Positions 25,976-28,758 of a stretch of 28,758 nt of DNA are shown here, in pieces. The translations under genes and the position numbers were made by a program. This DNA is from a virus (Duplodnaviria > Caudoviricetes), in IMG/VR virus record IMGVR_UViG_3300017744_004596, positions 1 to 28,758 of that record; one strand, 5' to 3'. Under the pieces are notes generated by a model, which was given only the letters and a program-made list of their open reading frames with translations, was not told the origin of the DNA and made no database searches. Each line of letters opens with the position of its first letter. The stretch's first letter is position 1.

Positions 25976-27189
25976 TTGGTAATTGGGGTAGATGTTTGAC
26001 CTCCACTAAAGTTAGCCCTACTAAACTCTAAACGATCAACTAGCTTAACTGCATCACCTTCTTTACCTACAGCAACATAACCTTCGGGGTTAGAAGCGGT
26101 AAGAGTACCATCACCATTATCTAAAAAGTGCTTTGTATTGTAAACAGCATTATTGTATTTGTTAACAAAAATTTGTTTAGCTTGGGATAAGAGTTTACTT
26201 ATCTTAAATAAATTTATAATATCTTTTTGACGTGATTTAATATCAGCTAGCTTCTTTTTAAATGCTTCAGTAATGCGCTCTTTACCGGTTTTAGACTTAC
26301 GTTTAGCAATTTCTTTTTCCATCCGGCCTTTCATCCAATTCATAAATCCTTTATATGAACCTTCTGCATCTTCTAAAAATTTACCTTCACGAATCTCTGA
26401 GTTAGCATAAATGTTAAGTAGGTCTAATGGAAGATCTTTATATTTAACCTTAATACCATCTGCAGTCTTTGCTAAATCTCTAACTTGCTTAGCTTCATCC
26501 TTTGTAAGAGTAACAGTTCCTGTAGCATCGGTAAATACAGCATCATCAACCCATACACCAGGTACCTTTTTAAGACCTTTTACATTGATACCATATTGAG
26601 GTGGTGAGTTTAAATCACTATAACCAGTATGAAAAACAATACCAAATACAGAATTAGCAATTTCTTTACCAAGATCTGAGTCTGCTTCAACGGCATACTT
26701 AATAGTATTAGGTTTAAATGCGATATGCTTAACACCATCCTGTACAACCGTCTCAAGCATAGAAGAATCAAACATGAAATCACCTTGAAGTATGCCCTTA
26801 ATACCTAATTTTGGAAGATATTTAAGGGCTTTCTTAAGTTTATCAGCAAGCCCTGGTGCATGACCATGATTCATCTCAACATCAGCATCAGTATAGTTGA
26901 TTTTAGGCTCATTATTAAAAATAGACTTAGTACCAACAAAGAATTTACCTGTTTCAGGGTGTTTTCCAGCGAAAATAGCAGGAGCCCCATCCCATTTTAC
27001 TGAAGTATTAACACTTCTTTTGGATTTACCCTGTAATTTAGAGAGAAGATTACTAATCATGGTACGAGCCACGTCATATCCCTTTTCTCCCTTGGTCAAA
27101 ACCAGTTCTTCAAGGTGAGTTAGGTGAGTATTAGCTTTAGCCTCTGTTAAAAGCTGTGAATCTAAGTGAAATTGTTTAAAATTGCGCAT
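25972..27189 (-). CDS. ATP-dependent ligase-like protein (DUF6267-like)
   Basis: HLTHLEE, SVKWDGAP (KxDG), LQGDF, PEGYV, VKLVDR: ligase motifs I, III, IV and V in order. Confidence 0.65.
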   Translation of the reverse strand: MRNFKQFHLDSQLLTEAKANTHLTHLEELVLTKGEKGYDVARTMISNLLSKLQGKSKRSVNTSVKWDGAPAIFAGKHPETGKFFVGTKSIFNNEPKINYTDADVEMNHGHAPGLADKLKKALKYLPKLGIKGILQGDFMFDSSMLETVVQDGVKHIAFKPNTIKYAVEADSDLGKEIANSVFGIVFHTGYSDLNSPPQYGINVKGLKKVPGVWVDDAVFTDATGTVTLTKDEAKQVRDLAKTADGIKVKYKDLPLDLLNIYANSEIREGKFLEDAEGSYKGFMNWMKGRMEKEIAKRKSKTGKERITEAFKKKLADIKSRQKDIINLFKISKLLSQAKQIFVNKYNNAVYNTKHFLDNGDGTLTASNPEGYVAVGKEGDAVKLVDRLEFSRANFSGGQTSTPITK

Positions 27190-27196
27190 TTTATTA

Positions 27197-27212
27197 ATTA
27201 TATCAGGGTTCC
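27197..27212 (-). promoter_or_regulatory. GGAAC-N5-TATAAT promoter-like motif
   Basis: GGAACCCTGATATAAT, 7 nt upstream of the ATG at 27189. Confidence 0.6.
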
Positions 27213-28610
27213 TTATTGGAGAGTTAGGTTATACCCGCCGCGGCCACCACCGGTATTAGGGGATATTCCAATTTCGTTGAGATTTGTTAACATGTCCTCA
27301 ACTGTTCTGTTTGCATTTTCAGCATAATCGTTGCTAAATGGTCCAAACGTAAGCATGTTAAAGTTTTCTTTATTAAAAAGGGTAAACCATGTAAATTTTT
27401 GGTCTTCTTTCTCTTCATTATGATATTCGTTAATTTGCATAGCTGCAGCAATTGCACGAGCAACTTGACCTTGATTACTGCTTACACTATTAAGAGCTTT
27501 CTCAATAATAGGTTTAACCACTTCAGGTTGAGATGCAAACATCAACAAACCTTTTAACAAAGTATCTTTATCTGCTGAATCGAAAAAGCGATTAGAAAGT
27601 GCACCTTCCTTCTCATTACGCTGTTTAATTTGATCTTGAAACTCTGCTAAATATTCATTTATAGATTTACCATCGTTAGCTTTAATATTATCAAAATATG
27701 CTTTACCTTTTGTATCTTTATAAACAGCTTTAATTTTAGATTCAATATCAGTGTTGTTATTTATATTTGCAATAACACGACCGGATACGCGTTGCTGCGG
27801 AGCTGGTAAATTTGTAAAGTCAAAATTTACAATAGCATTTAAAACGGCATTTGCAGCATCAGCATCAACAGAATCTGTTTGTTGACCACTTTTTGTAAAT
27901 TCATTAAATTTGCGTATTAAAGCTAAAGTCTTTCCTTTACCAGGTCGTCCGGCTCCCGCTTTGAGTTCAACTAACTGACCATTTGGTAAAGCAATATCAC
28001 CTTCGCTTGGATTTTTACCTTCTGAGAATAAAGTTAATACAGCTTCACCTGGACCGACACCAACAGCACCTTCTTCAAATGTAATATAAGCAATTTTACC
28101 CACTGCCTCTGAATTAGTTATAAACTTAAAACCTCTACTAGCTCCAAGTTTATCGATATGATTTTTAAAATTAGTATTACCTTCCTTTAAAGCATTTGCC
28201 AATGTATCTAATTTATTAGAATTCTTTAACGATGTAATAGATTTAACTTCATCATAAAAAGAGTTACGTACTCCTTTATTGTCCATTTGAATTGACTCGT
28301 TATAAATAGAATTTAATCTAGCTTCTAGAGCAAATTGAGCAGCTTCTGTATCCCAACCAGCAGATGCAGCCCATTCTTTAAGGTCGGGTGATTCTTCTGA
28401 TTGTTGTAGACGCATTAATTTACGTGCTTCGGTATCATCCATTTCAACAGTCTGAACATTACCATCAGCAAACTCAATACTAACTTTAGCTTCGTTAACT
28501 TTTACAACATTGTAGAGATCTTCTAATCTATAGCCACTGACATCAACTGAATCTAACGAGATGTTTTCATTTAACACGTTAACTGCGTATATTTTCTCTA
28601 GATCAATCAT
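27213..28610 (-). CDS. Hypothetical protein with a possible PD-(D/E)xK nuclease motif
   Basis: GVGPGE..EGDI..VELKAG; start moved to the ATG at 28610 (MIDLEK). Confidence 0.55.
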   Translation of the reverse strand: MIDLEKIYAVNVLNENISLDSVDVSGYRLEDLYNVVKVNEAKVSIEFADGNVQTVEMDDTEARKLMRLQQSEESPDLKEWAASAGWDTEAAQFALEARLNSIYNESIQMDNKGVRNSFYDEVKSITSLKNSNKLDTLANALKEGNTNFKNHIDKLGASRGFKFITNSEAVGKIAYITFEEGAVGVGPGEAVLTLFSEGKNPSEGDIALPNGQLVELKAGAGRPGKGKTLALIRKFNEFTKSGQQTDSVDADAANAVLNAIVNFDFTNLPAPQQRVSGRVIANINNNTDIESKIKAVYKDTKGKAYFDNIKANDGKSINEYLAEFQDQIKQRNEKEGALSNRFFDSADKDTLLKGLLMFASQPEVVKPIIEKALNSVSSNQGQVARAIAAAMQINEYHNEEKEDQKFTWFTLFNKENFNMLTFGPFSNDYAENANRTVEDMLTNLNEIGISPNTGGGRGGYNLTLQ

Positions 28611-28616
28611 AATACT

Positions 28617-28632
28617 ACTATAAAGATGTTCC
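28617..28632 (-). promoter_or_regulatory. GGAAC-N5-TATAGT promoter-like motif
   Basis: GGAACATCTTTATAGT, 6 nt upstream of the ATG at 28610. Confidence 0.5.
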
Positions 28633-28758
28633 TTATGCTTGTGCAAGCGTTTCTTTCATCTCCCCATCACCCATTTCAACTAAGTTACTAATTGCAGAAG
28701 CAACACCTTTCGGATCTTCATCAACCATACCTTGAAGCTCCTTGGCTGTGGCAGCGCC
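28633..28758 (-). CDS. Partial CDS (C-terminus only), hypothetical
   Basis: Open frame from the window edge: GAATAKELQGMVDEDPKGVASAISNLVEMGDGEMKETLAQA-stop. Confidence 0.6.
   Translation of the reverse strand, partial: GAATAKELQGMVDEDPKGVASAISNLVEMGDGEMKETLAQA

Noticed and set aside
867-27118. Short alternative-frame or antisense ORFs in the track (867-1049, 3685-4074, 5903-6109, 6815-7057, 7069-7299, 9703-9927, 10143-10349, 12211-12393, 12577-12759, 15521-15763, 19128-19457, 19856-20119, 20500-20706, 24780-25124, 26411-26599, 26897-27118)
   Set aside because: They overlap well-supported genes, have no recognisable motifs and look like shadow ORFs
1-28758. Stop-codon reassignment, as seen in some large phages
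   Set aside because: TAA, TAG and TGA all end full-length recognisable proteins (e.g. dinG, trxA and folE2 end in TAG) and coding density is high in the standard code
1-28758. CRISPR array, IS element, intron or intein
   Set aside because: No regularly spaced direct repeats, transposase motifs or interrupted conserved genes were seen by eye

Overview
AT-rich, densely packed window from a large T4-like (myovirus-type) bacteriophage genome, read in the standard genetic code. Left end: a partial gene, a gp15-like tail terminator with a C-terminal Ig-like extension, a DinG helicase, a WYL_2-like protein, a GroES-like co-chaperonin and a gp62-like clamp-loader subunit. About 4.5-16.6 kb: a glycan island with Gmd, a His-type (ColD-like) PLP dehydratase and an Fcl/ColC-like reductase, which together look like a GDP-colitose pathway. 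It also has GT11, GT10, GT2, GT7-like and GT47-like transferases and a six-gene sugar-phosphate cassette (GDPD-like, HAD, PfkB, nucleotidyltransferase-RpiB fusion, cupin, putative transferase), with thyX and a DUF366 gene embedded. About 17-23.5 kb: a P-loop kinase, queE, phoH, a DenV-like glycosylase, DUF932, thioredoxin, folE2, queD and tRNA-Gly(GCC)/tRNA-Thr(TGT); no queC or dpdA is visible in the window. About 23.5-28.7 kb: a run of enzymes (Pol-beta-type nucleotidyltransferase, retropepsin-like protease, HIGH-type nucleotidyltransferase, KxDG ligase-like protein, nuclease-like protein) whose N-termini resemble the T4 capsid-targeting sequence, suggesting a virion-packaged enzyme payload. 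Three recurring promoter-like motifs sit just upstream of start codons: TTGnnn-N16-TATAAT, T4-late-like TAAATA, and an unfamiliar GGAAC-N5-TATA(A/G)T. All family calls come from motif recognition by eye; no database search was run.
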